DNA from: an uncultured Nitrososphaerota archaeon
GTDB taxonomy: Archaea; Thermoproteota; Nitrososphaeria; Nitrososphaerales; Gagatemarchaeaceae
Assembly: GCA_963718895.1 (NCBI GenBank)
Contig: CAVRAG010000008.1
Location: forward strand, 384,001-448,000
Reading direction: 5' to 3'
DNA: 64,000 nucleotides
Part shown: piece after piece, positions 39,440-49,744 of the stretch
Layout of the letters: each line of letters starts with the position of its first letter
Position numbering within the stretch: position 1 is the first letter of the stretch
Translations under genes and position numbers: made by a program
Notes under the pieces: model-generated
What the model was told of the DNA's origin: nothing
The model's input: only the letters and a program-made list of their open reading frames with translations
Database searches by the model: none

Positions 39440-42103
39440 TCAGTTCTTGGTCGTGTCCAGCAGGGCAATCCTCGCGGCCGCGAGCCTTGCCACCGGGATC
39501 CTGAATGCTGACGCCGAGACGTAGTCGAGCCCGGCCCTGTGGCAGAGATAGATCGAGCGCGGGTCGCCCCCGTGCTCTCCGCATATCCCGACCTCGAGGT
39601 CCGGCCTCGCCTTCCTGCCCGACTCGACCGCCATGCGGATCAGGCTCCCGACGCCCTTCTCGTCAAGTGTCTCGAACGGGTTGTCGGCGAGGACACCCCT
39701 CTCAAGGTAGAATGGGAGGAACTTGGCCTCGGCGTCCTCCCTGCTGAAGCTGAACGTGGCCTGGCTGAGATCGTTTGTGCCGAATGAGAAGAACTCCGCG
39801 TACTTTGCGATCTCGTCGGCGTCGAGGGTGGCCCGGACGGTCTCGATCATCGTGCCGAACTTCACGTCCAGCTTGACGTCCATCTCCTTCTCCACCCGGG
39901 CGCGTATCCTTTCGAACTGCTCCCTGACGAGTTTTACCTCCTGGTAGGCTGCGACCTGAGGCGTCATTATCTTGGGCTTGACGTTGACGCCCTCCTTGAC
40001 GAGCTCCGCCGTGGCCTCCATCACCGCGGTCATCTGCATGTCGTAGATCTCAGGATGTGTGAGCCCGAGCCGTACCCCTCTGTGACCGAGCATGGGGTTC
40101 GCCTCCGAGAGCTGCCTAGCCTTGTCGAGCATCCTCTTCGCCTCCATGAGCTGCTTCTCGTCTCCGTACCTCTCGAGCTTCTTGACCTGCTCGAGCAGGT
40201 CTTCGAATCTTGGGAGGAACTCGTGCAGAGGCGGGTCGAGGAGCCTGATTATAACCGGGAGGTCGTGCATCTCCTTCAGGATCCTCTTGATGTCGTCCTT
40301 CTGGAGGGGCCTGAGCTTCTCGAGGAAGGACCTCCTCTCCGCCTCGGTAGAGGCCATGATCATCGAGACGACGAGTGGTAGCCTCTCCTCGGCGTTGAAC
40401 ATTCTCTCTGTCCTGGCAAGCCCTATGCCCTCCGCGCCCATCTTGCGGGCCCTCGCCGCCGCCTCGGGAGTGTCAGCATTCGCCCAGACCCCGAGCCTCT
40501 TGGTCTCGTCGGCCCAGGTGAGCAACTCGAAGACCTCGTCCTTGAGCTCAGGCTGCAGAAGGGGGACGATGCCCGGGTAGACGTTGCCGGTCGAGCCGTC
40601 TATGGTGATGGTCTCGCCCTGGGTTATCGTCGTCCCGTCGACCCTGAGGAGACGGCTCTGCGCGTAGATGCTGAGCGACGAGCATCCGACTATGCAGGGC
40701 TTGCCTATGCCTCGGGCCACGACGGCGGCGTGCGAAGTCTTCCCTCCCCTGCTTGTCAGTATGCCCTGGGCTGCGAAGAACCCGTGGACGTCCTCCGGCT
40801 TCGTCTCCTCCCTGACTAGTATCACCTTCTCCCCGTTCTTGGTCCACTCGACGGCGGTGTCCGCATCGAAGACGACCTTGCCCGCGGCGGCTCCCGGGGC
40901 CGCGGGCACCCCCACGGCCACAGGGGCAATCCTGTTGCCGGCGTCGACCCTGGGGTGCAGGAGCTGCTCGAGCTGTTCTGGGGATATCCGAAGCAGCGCC
41001 TCGCGTTTCGAGATCACGCCCTCGTGGACCATGTCGACCGACGCCCTCACGGCGCCCATGGGGCCCATCTTGGCTGCCCTCGTCTGAAGGAGGAACAGCT
41101 TCTTCCGCTCTATGGTGAATTCGATGTCCTGGGGCTCACGGTAGTGACCCTCGAGCTTCTGGGATATCTTCTCGAGGTCAGAGAAGACCTCGGGCATCTC
41201 GTCCCTGAGGTCCGAGATCGGCTTCGGCGTCCTGATGCCGGCGACCACGTCCTCGCCCTGTGCGTTGGTGAGATAGTCGCCGTAGAGTCCGGGACTCCCG
41301 GTCGACGGGTCCCTGGTGAAGAGCACGCCGGTGGCGCTGTCGGCCCCCAGATTGCCGAAGACCATGGTGACAATCGTGACAGCGGTCCCTTTGGCGAGGT
41401 CTGGAGTGATCCGGTACTGCTTCCGGTACTCGATCGCCCTCTTCCCGTTCCAGCTCTTGAAGACCGCCACTATCGCAAGCTCCAGCTGCCGGGAGGGCTC
41501 CTGGGGCAACGGCTTCCCCTCTCTGCGCAGGAGGTCCTTGTATGCCTCCGCGACCCGCACTACGGAATCGGCGTCGAGGTCGCTGTCCTGCGCGGCGCCC
41601 CTCCGTCTCTTCTCGCCGTCCAGTAGTTTCGAGAACTCTTCCTCATCGACATCGAGGACTATCTTCCCGAAGAGCTGAATGAATCGTCGGTAGGTGTCGT
41701 AGGCGAACCGCCGGTCCCCGGTCATTCCCGCCAGTCCCTCGACGACCGCGTCGTTCAGGCCGAGGTTGAGGATGGTGTCCATCATGCCCGGCATGGAGAC
41801 GGGGGATCCCGAGCGCACCGAGATCAGGAGGGGGTCGCCCGCGTCCCCGAACTTCTTCCCAGTGCGCTCCTCGAGTGAGGCCATGGCCGCGTGAACCGAG
41901 CCCATCAGTCCAGTGGGAAGCGACTGACCGTTGCGGTAGAACTCCTCGCAGACGTTCGTCGTAATGACGAAGCCAGGGGGGATTGGAAGCCCCATCGAGG
42001 TCATTTCGCAGAGTCCCGCTCCCTTGCCTCCGAGCAGCTTCCGGTCGGTCACGCCCTCGTCGAAGAAGTAAAGCCACTTGAGCTGAGAGTTGGCCATCTG
42101 CAT
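39440..42103 (-). CDS. ppdK: Pyruvate, phosphate dikinase
   Basis: LGGKG, SMPGMMDT, GGKTSHAAVVARG, SFGTNDL and GICGEHGG. Confidence 0.97.
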   Translation of the reverse strand: MQMANSQLKWLYFFDEGVTDRKLLGGKGAGLCEMTSMGLPIPPGFVITTNVCEEFYRNGQSLPTGLMGSVHAAMASLEERTGKKFGDAGDPLLISVRSGSPVSMPGMMDTILNLGLNDAVVEGLAGMTGDRRFAYDTYRRFIQLFGKIVLDVDEEEFSKLLDGEKRRRGAAQDSDLDADSVVRVAEAYKDLLRREGKPLPQEPSRQLELAIVAVFKSWNGKRAIEYRKQYRITPDLAKGTAVTIVTMVFGNLGADSATGVLFTRDPSTGSPGLYGDYLTNAQGEDVVAGIRTPKPISDLRDEMPEVFSDLEKISQKLEGHYREPQDIEFTIERKKLFLLQTRAAKMGPMGAVRASVDMVHEGVISKREALLRISPEQLEQLLHPRVDAGNRIAPVAVGVPAAPGAAAGKVVFDADTAVEWTKNGEKVILVREETKPEDVHGFFAAQGILTSRGGKTSHAAVVARGIGKPCIVGCSSLSIYAQSRLLRVDGTTITQGETITIDGSTGNVYPGIVPLLQPELKDEVFELLTWADETKRLGVWANADTPEAAARARKMGAEGIGLARTERMFNAEERLPLVVSMIMASTEAERRSFLEKLRPLQKDDIKRILKEMHDLPVIIRLLDPPLHEFLPRFEDLLEQVKKLERYGDEKQLMEAKRMLDKARQLSEANPMLGHRGVRLGLTHPEIYDMQMTAVMEATAELVKEGVNVKPKIMTPQVAAYQEVKLVREQFERIRARVEKEMDVKLDVKFGTMIETVRATLDADEIAKYAEFFSFGTNDLSQATFSFSREDAEAKFLPFYLERGVLADNPFETLDEKGVGSLIRMAVESGRKARPDLEVGICGEHGGDPRSIYLCHRAGLDYVSASAFRIPVARLAAARIALLDTTKN

Positions 42104-42166
42104 GAACTCGCCCGTCTCCTCATTCGTTATAAACGTGAAGCAAGACTGTTCCCGAGCCTAGAGGGA

Positions 42167-42574
42167 TTACCTCGTCGCCGGTCCGGACCGAAGACCGAAG
42201 ATGAGAAGCGCCTCGTCCAGAGCAGGGACCTTGCGGAACCGTCCCAGGGCGCGCGGTGTCTCCCACCGACACTCAGAGTGCTCAGAGACGAGCACTCGGC
42301 CAGACCGAGAGCTCAGAAGGAATGGGACCGCGATGGACCGTCCGTACCCGTCCGTGTACTCGATCAACCTCCCCGGCCTGACCAGCTCGACTGAGAGGCC
42401 CGACTCCTCCAAGGCTTCCCTTCTCATGCAAGCCTCCGCTGACTCGCCGGCCTCGAAATGCCCTCCAAGGCAGTCCCAGAGACCCGGGTACGTGTCGTCG
42501 TCCATCTTCCGCTTGAGTATGAGGACCTTGCCCCCGCGGACGAGCACTCCGGCCGTGAAAACCCGCGTCTTCAT
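42167..42574 (-). CDS. NUDIX hydrolase
   Basis: GGHFEAGES...REALEESG Nudix box. Confidence 0.9.
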   Translation of the reverse strand: MKTRVFTAGVLVRGGKVLILKRKMDDDTYPGLWDCLGGHFEAGESAEACMRREALEESGLSVELVRPGRLIEYTDGYGRSIAVPFLLSSRSGRVLVSEHSECRWETPRALGRFRKVPALDEALLIFGLRSGPATR

Positions 42575-42617
42575 CCTGTCTTCGGCCGGACTCCCGGGAC
42601 TATTGAAGCCAGCGGAA

Positions 42618-43826
42618 TCAACCGACCAGGAACGCGGGGTGCTTCACGAACCTGCCCTCAAGGTTGACGGTGCTGCCGCGCATTAACACGTGGTCGACCG
42701 CAAAGCGCATCCGTTCCCCTGCGAAGGGCGTCACCCTCCCCTTCGAGACGAACTTCTCAGGGTCGACCTGCCATATCCTCTTCGAGAGGATGACCAAGTC
42801 GGCAAGGTATCCCGGTGAGATCCTCCCCTTCTTGATCCCGAGGTACTCCGCCGGGGCTTGGCAGAACATCCTGCAGAGAAGTGGGATGTTCTCGGTCTTC
42901 GTCAGGAATAGGGGCAGGGCAAGTTCCAGGCCCGGAAACCCAGGGGCCCCCTTCCGAAGCTTGTCCTCGAGGGTGTGCGGGGCGTGATCGGTCGCGTAGA
43001 AGTCGAAACGGCCTTCCCTGAGCAACCGCCGCATCGCGATCGAGTTCGCTCGCGACCTGAGCTGAGGGTTTACCTTCGACGCAACTCCCAAGCGCGTCCC
43101 CGCTGTTCCACGGTCCGTGAAGAGGTGGTGGGGCGCGACCTCGATCGCGAGCGCCCTCTGGGCCCTCTTCTGGGCCAGGACGGCCTCCGCCGCCTCGTTC
43201 GTGGAGAGGTGGGCGAACCTCACCGAGGATCGCGACCTCGTCTCTTCTAGGATCTTCCTTACGGCGACGAGCTCAGCCCCCGGAGAACGGCCGGCCGCAA
43301 TTTCGGCGCCGTCCTCGGCGTGCACCGCCATCTTGAGCCCTGCAACCTCGGCTCGCCTGAGCAGGGCCCGGAACGAGGGGAGATCGGGGGGGTAGAGCTT
43401 CAGGGCGAACGCGCCCGCCCTTCGGATCTTGGGCAGCTCAGAGGCGTCGTCGGGAGGGGCTGCGTGGATTGCGAAGTCGGTGAACGCGCGGTCCTTGAGC
43501 AGGTCGACCCGTGCCTCGACAAGCTCGGCCGTCTCTAGCTTCGGCATCGTGTTCGGCATTTCTGCCACCGTGGTCACGCCACCTGCCAGCGCGCTCTTTG
43601 TGCCAGTCTCGACGGTCTCCTTCTCGGCCTGGGACCAGTCCCGGAGGTGCACGTGGAGGTCGGTCGCGGCAGGTATCAAGAATTGACCCTCGTCGAGCTC
43701 CAGCGTCGCCGCGGCCCGGCCTGTCGGCTCCCGGGAGACCTTCTTGATCATCCCGTCCTTGATGTACACCCACGACTCCGCGAGTTCGGCGACGTAGGCC
43801 CTTCCGTGAATTGCGAGGTCGAACAA
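42618..43826 (-). CDS. pyrC: Dihydroorotase
   Basis: DLHVHLR, MPNT, HAE and TDHAPH; follows pyrBI. Confidence 0.9.
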   Translation of the reverse strand: MFDLAIHGRAYVAELAESWVYIKDGMIKKVSREPTGRAAATLELDEGQFLIPAATDLHVHLRDWSQAEKETVETGTKSALAGGVTTVAEMPNTMPKLETAELVEARVDLLKDRAFTDFAIHAAPPDDASELPKIRRAGAFALKLYPPDLPSFRALLRRAEVAGLKMAVHAEDGAEIAAGRSPGAELVAVRKILEETRSRSSVRFAHLSTNEAAEAVLAQKRAQRALAIEVAPHHLFTDRGTAGTRLGVASKVNPQLRSRANSIAMRRLLREGRFDFYATDHAPHTLEDKLRKGAPGFPGLELALPLFLTKTENIPLLCRMFCQAPAEYLGIKKGRISPGYLADLVILSKRIWQVDPEKFVSKGRVTPFAGERMRFAVDHVLMRGSTVNLEGRFVKHPAFLVG

Positions 43827-43831
43827 CGCGG

Positions 43832-44308
43832 CTACCCGAGTTCGCCGGAGATCTCTTGCTCGGACAGGTCCCTGCCGCAGTACTTGCACCTGTAGACCAG
43901 CGGCGACGAATCGACCAAGAAGAAGACAGACGGGACGGAGTCCTTCTCACGGACGGAGACGCAGGTGGTCGCGGTGCACCTCAGGACGCCGGTGATCGTC
44001 TTTGGCAGGACCGCCTTCTTCTTCTGCGAGACCTTGTACGACCGGACTATGTTCACGCTCGCGAGAGGAGCTATCAGGGCGAGCTTCTGAATCTGCTCGT
44101 CGGTCAGCTCCACGCCCTCGACCTTGAGGATGTCCTTCCTGCCCATCTTGGAGCTCTCCACGTTCATCACCAGGGCGACCGTGACTCCCCTGTCCTGGGG
44201 GTCGCCGAGCAACCTGAGGACGGAGAGCGCCCTCCCAGCGGAGACGTGGTCGATGACTGTGCCGTCGCTGATCTTCTGGACGAGCATCTTCTCGCGCTCG
44301 CTCATCAT
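43832..44308 (-). CDS. pyrI: Aspartate carbamoyltransferase regulatory chain
   Basis: GTVIDH, KDILKVE and Zn-binding Cys residues. Confidence 0.95.
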   Translation of the reverse strand: MMSEREKMLVQKISDGTVIDHVSAGRALSVLRLLGDPQDRGVTVALVMNVESSKMGRKDILKVEGVELTDEQIQKLALIAPLASVNIVRSYKVSQKKKAVLPKTITGVLRCTATTCVSVREKDSVPSVFFLVDSSPLVYRCKYCGRDLSEQEISGELG

Positions 44309-45270
44309 TCTCCCCCTCCCATGATGAGGTGGAGGAGCGCCATCCTCACAGGCACGCCAAGCCTCGCCTGTTTCATGTATGCTGCGTTGGGAAGGTCGTC
44401 GACGTCGTAGGCCAGCTCGTTTATCCGCGGGAGGGGGTGGAGGACGATGGCGTCTCCGGCGTTCGAGAGCAGAGCCTTGGTTATCCTGTAGCTCCCCTTG
44501 ACCTTCTCGTACTCGTTCGGGTCAGGGAACCGCTCCTTCTGAATCCTGTTCATGTATATGACGTCCACCTTTCCGATGACCGGCTCGAGGTCGTCAAGCT
44601 CCTCAGTACGCAGCCCGAGCTTTCCGATCGCGGTCTTCACCTCGTCCCTCATCTTGAGTCCCTCGGGGGAGACTAGGTAGACCGACGACGGTTTGTACTT
44701 CGCGAGACCGTAGAGAAAGGACGCCGCGGTCCGCGCGTATCGCGTGTCTCCGACCACCGCGTAGCGCAGCCCGTCGACCTTTCCCTTCAGTCTCCTTATC
44801 GTGTACAGGTCGAGCATCGCCTGCGAAGGGTGGTGCTGTGAACCGTCGCCCCCGTTGACTATCGGGACGTGGCTGACCTCTGAAGCGAGAAGCGCCGCGC
44901 CCTCCGACGGGTGGCGCATGACTATGAGGTCCGAGTATGACTCGAGCATTCTTATGGTGTCCGAGAGGCTCTCCCCTTTCAGGACCGAGGAGACGTCGGG
45001 CGAGAGGTCGATCACCTTGGCTCCGAGCTTGAGAGCGGCGGTGCTGAAGCTCAGCCTCGTCCGCGTGCTCGGCTCGAAGAACGCGGTGGCTACTATTCGG
45101 TCGGCGAGAGTCTTCGGGACCGAGTCCGGTCTCTCGACGAAGCGGTCCGTGGTCTCGAAGAGCGTTTCCAGGTCATCACGGGAGAAATCTAGGATGCTGA
45201 GAACGTCCTTGCCTGACCAGGCAACGCTTCCCAATGCACCTACACCGTAGTCCTCCCGGAGGCATCCCAT
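44305..45270 (-). CDS. pyrB: Aspartate carbamoyltransferase catalytic chain
   Basis: FFEPSTRT, HPSQ, RIQKER and HPLP. Confidence 0.96.
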   Translation of the reverse strand: MGCLREDYGVGALGSVAWSGKDVLSILDFSRDDLETLFETTDRFVERPDSVPKTLADRIVATAFFEPSTRTRLSFSTAALKLGAKVIDLSPDVSSVLKGESLSDTIRMLESYSDLIVMRHPSEGAALLASEVSHVPIVNGGDGSQHHPSQAMLDLYTIRRLKGKVDGLRYAVVGDTRYARTAASFLYGLAKYKPSSVYLVSPEGLKMRDEVKTAIGKLGLRTEELDDLEPVIGKVDVIYMNRIQKERFPDPNEYEKVKGSYRITKALLSNAGDAIVLHPLPRINELAYDVDDLPNAAYMKQARLGVPVRMALLHLIMGGGE

Positions 45271-45318
45271 ATTAACGATGTGGAAGGACCGTCGTAGCGC
45301 AGGGACTCGCCGACTGGG

Positions 45319-46110
45319 TCAGATCGACCTCAGGACGGCCCCGTCCACGGGTATCGACGCACCGGAGACGTACGAGGACATGTCGCTCCCAAGGAAGAGG
45401 ATCGCCCTCGCAAGCTCCTCGGTCGTGCCTATCCTCCCCAGCGGGATCTCGCCCTCGATCTCCTTGATGTAGTCCTCCGGCCTTATCCCACGCCTCCTCG
45501 CCTGGTCCTGTGCGAGCTGGTCGATCCTGCCCGTCCGGATGAAGCCAGGCAGGATCCCGTTCACGCGGATGTTCTTGGGTCCGAGCTCCCTCGCAAGCGT
45601 CCGTACGAGAGACAGGACCGCCGCCCTGCAGACGCTGGAGAGTGCTATCGCAAGGGTGGGTTCCTTGATTACGTAGGATGACAGGAAGACCATCCTGCCC
45701 TTGATCTTCGCTTCGATCATGTGGTCGGCGACTAGCTTTGCGAGGTACGCCGGGCTCACGACCAGGAGGTCGGATGCGCCCCTCCAGTCTTCGTAGGACA
45801 TCTCGAGAAACCGGCCGGGCTTGGGAGAGCCTGTCACGTATACCAGGGTATCTATTCCTCCGAGATGCGACACCGCGAACTTGACGATGTTCTCGAGGTC
45901 GGCTTTCGCTGCGAGGTTCCCCCGGACGCCGTAGACCTCCCCGAGAGGCTGCAGCCTCGCCAGAGCGGCGCTGAGCTTCTCCTGATTCGACGAGTTTATC
46001 ACGACTCGGGCGCCCTCCTTGAGGAAGGCCGCCGCCGCACCGTAGCCGATCCCGGTGCTAGCAGCGGTGACAAGGACCCTCTGGCCTTCGAGTCCGGAAC
46101 TGAGCGGCAC
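45319..46110 (-). CDS. SDR-family oxidoreductase
   Basis: TAASTGIG; atypical SxxxR active-site motif. Confidence 0.9.
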   Translation of the reverse strand: MPLSSGLEGQRVLVTAASTGIGYGAAAAFLKEGARVVINSSNQEKLSAALARLQPLGEVYGVRGNLAAKADLENIVKFAVSHLGGIDTLVYVTGSPKPGRFLEMSYEDWRGASDLLVVSPAYLAKLVADHMIEAKIKGRMVFLSSYVIKEPTLAIALSSVCRAAVLSLVRTLARELGPKNIRVNGILPGFIRTGRIDQLAQDQARRRGIRPEDYIKEIEGEIPLGRIGTTEELARAILFLGSDMSSYVSGASIPVDGAVLRSI

Positions 46111-46162
46111 GTCGACCGATTCCGTTGTTTTGCTAATAAGCTGTCCGCTCCGAAGACCACGG

Positions 46163-46966
46163 TTACTGTATCGTCCAGCCGCCGTCCACGAAGATGTTCT
46201 GGCCAGTCACGTACGCCGAGAGGTCGGACGCGATGAACGCGACGACGTTGGCTATGTCGATGGGCTCTGCGAACCGTCCGAGCGGGACCCTCTCAAGGAG
46301 GAACCTGCGGACCTCATCCCGCGCGAAGTAGTTCCCGGTCATCTCGGTGTTCGTCCAGCCAGGGGAGACAGAGTTGACGGTCACGTTGTACTTCGCCCAC
46401 TCGGCGGCGAGGTTCTTGGTGAATGCGATGACCCCGCCCTTGCTGGTGACGTACGACGCCCGCGGGGGGAGCGCGACCTCTCCCATGATGGAGGCGATGT
46501 TGATTATTCGTCCGGAGCGGCGCGCGATCATCGTCCTCCCGACGGCCTGCGAGAAGTTGAAGACGCCCTTCAGGTTTGTGTCGATCACCCGGTCCCAGTC
46601 CTCCTCGGTGTAGTCCTCCATGGGCTTCCGCACCACCACCCCCGCGTTGTTGACGAGTATGTCGACGCGTTCGAATGCCTCGGTCGCGGCCTTTGTCATC
46701 GTCTCGACGGCGGTCCGGTCAGAGACGTCTCCTTGCAGGGCGAGGGTCCTCGTCCCAAGCCCTATGAGATGGTCCTTGACCGCAGACATCGAGGCCGGAT
46801 TGATGTCGTTCAGGACTATGCTGGCGCCGCATCCCGCCAATGAGACGGCTATTGCCCTCCCTATGCCCCGTCCAGAGCCTGTGACCAGGGCAACCTTTCC
46901 CGACAGGTCGATCTGCAACTGCGCGTGGATGCGGCCCCTATCTCGATAAGCATTTTGTTCGGGCAT
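46163..46966 (-). CDS. SDR-family oxidoreductase (classical)
   Basis: TGSGRGIG, NNAG and YVTSK. Confidence 0.92.
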   Translation of the reverse strand: MPEQNAYRDRGRIHAQLQIDLSGKVALVTGSGRGIGRAIAVSLAGCGASIVLNDINPASMSAVKDHLIGLGTRTLALQGDVSDRTAVETMTKAATEAFERVDILVNNAGVVVRKPMEDYTEEDWDRVIDTNLKGVFNFSQAVGRTMIARRSGRIINIASIMGEVALPPRASYVTSKGGVIAFTKNLAAEWAKYNVTVNSVSPGWTNTEMTGNYFARDEVRRFLLERVPLGRFAEPIDIANVVAFIASDLSAYVTGQNIFVDGGWTIQ

Positions 46967-47091
46967 GGACTCTCGCGCAGTCCTACCAGACCAAGGCCCA
47001 AGAGGGGGCTCACTTGGTCAGGAGGCACTACGAGGGACCGGTCCGCTCGCATGAGGCTCGGCTGGTGTCTCCAGGCGCCGAACGACCGCCT

Positions 47092-48048
47092 TCATGCTTC
47101 CGACCGCTGCCCTGATCTGTGGCCGACGTAGATGCGCCATCTCGACACGCCCGGATCTCGAGGGAAGTTCGCCTTCCTCCACGAGTCTAGCTGGGCCCGT
47201 ACGTCTCTCTGGACTGCAGGATCGAGGACTTGGGACAGCCTGCTCAGTCGCCTGTTCCCTGAAAACACGCCGATGCGCCGCCACGCTTCTCGGGACTCCC
47301 GGGACACTTCGAACTCGAACGGGACATCCTTCACCGCGAACCCGAGGCGACGAAAGAGGGCATGGTAGTCCACTCTTTGTCGGACCCGCCGTAGCGCGAA
47401 GGCGTCTATTGCGTCGGGGGGGACGCCGTGCTCAAGGAGGACCTCTCTCGTTTTGGCGCGGAGAGCCTCTCTCACCTCCTCGTTACCCTCGACCCAAGAA
47501 GGGAGACTGAGCGCGAAGGCTCCGGCCTCGGTCAAGAGCTCGCGCAGTCCGACAAGGACCCTTTCGGGCTCCGGGAAGTGCCAGAAGGCGGAGTTGCAGA
47601 CCGCGAAATCAAAGGTCTGTCCCGCGAGAAGTCCTGATATCTCACGAGCGTCGCCCTGGACGAAGGTGACGTTGTGCGCCCCCGCCACCGACGCGTTCTC
47701 CCTCGCCACCCCCAGCATCCCCCCTGACGAGTCCAGTGCTACGACCTTTCCGGTGCCTGCGAGGTTGGCCAGCTTCAGAGTGCAGGCGCCTGTCCCGCAC
47801 GCGAGCTCAAGCACCCTCGAGCGTTCCTCGATCCTGAGTTGCGCGATCGTGGCATCGGCGACGGTCCCGTAGAAGTGCCAGCGCTTTTCGAAGGTGTCAT
47901 ACTCCTTCGCGCTCTCTCCCCAGGCGTCTTCTCGCGCGCCTTCCAAGGCCGGTGGCCAAGGAATGAGCCCTTTTTTGAATTTCGGGACTTGCCGGACGCT
48001 GAGACCGCGGCTGACGCGTGCGGACAAACTGTTGCCACCCAAGGTCAT
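47092..48048 (-). CDS. Class I SAM-dependent methyltransferase
   Basis: VLELACGTG and FDFAVCNSAFWH; start uncertain. Confidence 0.85.
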   Translation of the reverse strand: MTLGGNSLSARVSRGLSVRQVPKFKKGLIPWPPALEGAREDAWGESAKEYDTFEKRWHFYGTVADATIAQLRIEERSRVLELACGTGACTLKLANLAGTGKVVALDSSGGMLGVARENASVAGAHNVTFVQGDAREISGLLAGQTFDFAVCNSAFWHFPEPERVLVGLRELLTEAGAFALSLPSWVEGNEEVREALRAKTREVLLEHGVPPDAIDAFALRRVRQRVDYHALFRRLGFAVKDVPFEFEVSRESREAWRRIGVFSGNRRLSRLSQVLDPAVQRDVRAQLDSWRKANFPRDPGVSRWRIYVGHRSGQRSEA

Positions 48049-48173
48049 CCTATTCGTAGAAGTAGACGCGTGGACCGGACAGCACCTTGGACAGGGGTTC
48101 GGGGGGACCCAAGTCAGACCGTCATCGTTGAGCTGAGCGCGAAAGCCCGGAGAAGGCTCTGATGACCGCTCTG

Positions 48174-48641
48174 GGTTCTGTCAAGTTGTCGGGTGATGGC
48201 TGACCTTGTTGACCATCGGGTGACGACCCAACTTGCTGGCATCGACTCTGAGGATTAGGGTCCGCGTCCCGTTCCCCTTCACGGCTTCACCTGCCAGCCC
48301 TTTCTCCCTCGCCGCAAGATCTGCTTGTTGCGAGCGACTCTTCGACTCTGGAAGAGAACGGTCGAACCTCAACCGCCGTAGCACGACGGCAGTTCGGATC
48401 CTTTAAGCGCCCCGTAGAATCCCTTCAGCCCCTTCCTGTTGTCGATGCCGTGCTCCTGGGCATGTGCAATTGCGTTGTACGTGAGGATGAGGCATTCACC
48501 GAGAAGGTCCCGCGATCCCTCCCCGCCATGGGACTGCGTTACGCACTTTGTCGCCCGCAATGGCTGAATGTTATCCCATCATACTTAACCACTACCCGAA
48601 TCTTGGCGGACTGTTCCATCACTCAGCAGCTTGGCAGAGTC
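48174..48641 (-). mobile_element. tnpB: 468-bp TIR element (IS6-like ends) with an internally deleted tnpB
   Basis: TIRs GGTTCTGTCAAGTTG and CAGCTTGGCAGAGTC; 8-bp direct repeat CCGCTCTG at 48166-48173 and 48642-48649; N-terminal fragment MRATKCV...LPSCY joined to tail RLRFDRS...AGEAVKGN...LRVDASK. Confidence 0.8.
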
Positions 48642-48683
48642 CCGCTCTGTCAAGCTTATATTCGCCATGGGGTGAATCCGCGC

Positions 48684-49566
48684 ATGAAACCTCTCGGAAG
48701 AGTGACAGCAGTACTACTGCTCGTCGTCCTCGTCATGGGGGGCGTGGTAGGAATTATCTATTTTGACGACCAGCAAGTGATAAGCTCACAGTCGTCGACC
48801 ATAAGCAAACAATCGGTGACGATACAGGGGCAGGTCGCGTCGATCCAGAGCCAGTCGTCCGACGCTGCAGAAGGACGAGTCCTCTCTGACCACCCTCGAA
48901 GCGAACATCACGGCGACGGAGACGGCTCTCGCCCAGGACCAGGCAAGTCTCGCCCAGGCGCAGGCTGAAGCCGCGAACCTGACGACGACCATAGCATCGT
49001 ACAAGACCGAGATAGCCACCATCACGGCGGAGTACTCGCAGGCCAACGGGACCATCGCCTCGCTCAAGGCCGAGGTCGCCCCGCTGCAGGCCCAGGTCGC
49101 TTCCTTGCAGACTCAGCTGAATGGGTTCCAGGTACAGATTACGGGGCTGCAGACGCAGATTGCCGGATACCAGACGCAGATCGCCACTCTCCAGGCTCAG
49201 GTCAAGTCGCTCACCGCCATCGTGGACCTGAGCCAGAGCACGGTACTGCTCAGCCAGCAGTTCGTGGGAGTGCAGTCGATCGGCGACCAGGTCGCCGACA
49301 ATTTCAACGCCACCTACTCCGGGTACGTCGCGGTGTCCATGTCCCAAATCAGCGACATCAGTAACGTCCAGGTCGGCGTGTTGATCTTCTTCGCCTCCTC
49401 GGTCAACTCTGGCCAGTACACTTCCGAACCCATCGGCCCCTACTCATTCACCTCGATTCCTGGCCTGATAGTCTTCCCGGTGACACCCGGGTCGGTCACC
49501 GTCTACCTTTCCAACACGGACAGCACACCTGAGAACGCAACCCTCTCGATCACCTACTACTACTGA
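48684..49566 (+). CDS. Membrane-anchored coiled-coil protein (frameshift near 48865)
   Basis: N-terminal TM helix, Q-rich heptads (LQAQVASLQTQL), C-terminal beta domain. Confidence 0.75.
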
Positions 49567-49639
49567 CCCCGGGTCAATCGGTCTCCCCGCAGGGCACAAT
49601 GCATAAATAACGTCGGCCGGCTCGGAAAGCCAGAGAGCG

Positions 49640-49702
49640 TTGAAGGAGAGAAGCAGAGGCGGTTCACTTTATCGTTCTGTTCTTTTCGGCTTTAGCTTCT
49701 AG
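49640..49702 (+). promoter_or_regulatory. Putative leader peptide MKERSRGGSLYRSVLFGFSF of the aro operon
   Basis: TATA-like CATAAATA at 49602-49609, TTG start, 1 Tyr + 3 Phe in the last 10 codons, alternative hairpins. Confidence 0.5.
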
Positions 49703-49744
49703 ACCCGATTCAAGCTCCCACTGGACATTGGAGGCTCATGCTCA

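Noticed and set aside
48900-49220. Tandem DNA repeat in the coiled-coil gene
   Set aside because: The periodicity is protein-level heptads (CAG-rich codons), not a nucleotide repeat array.
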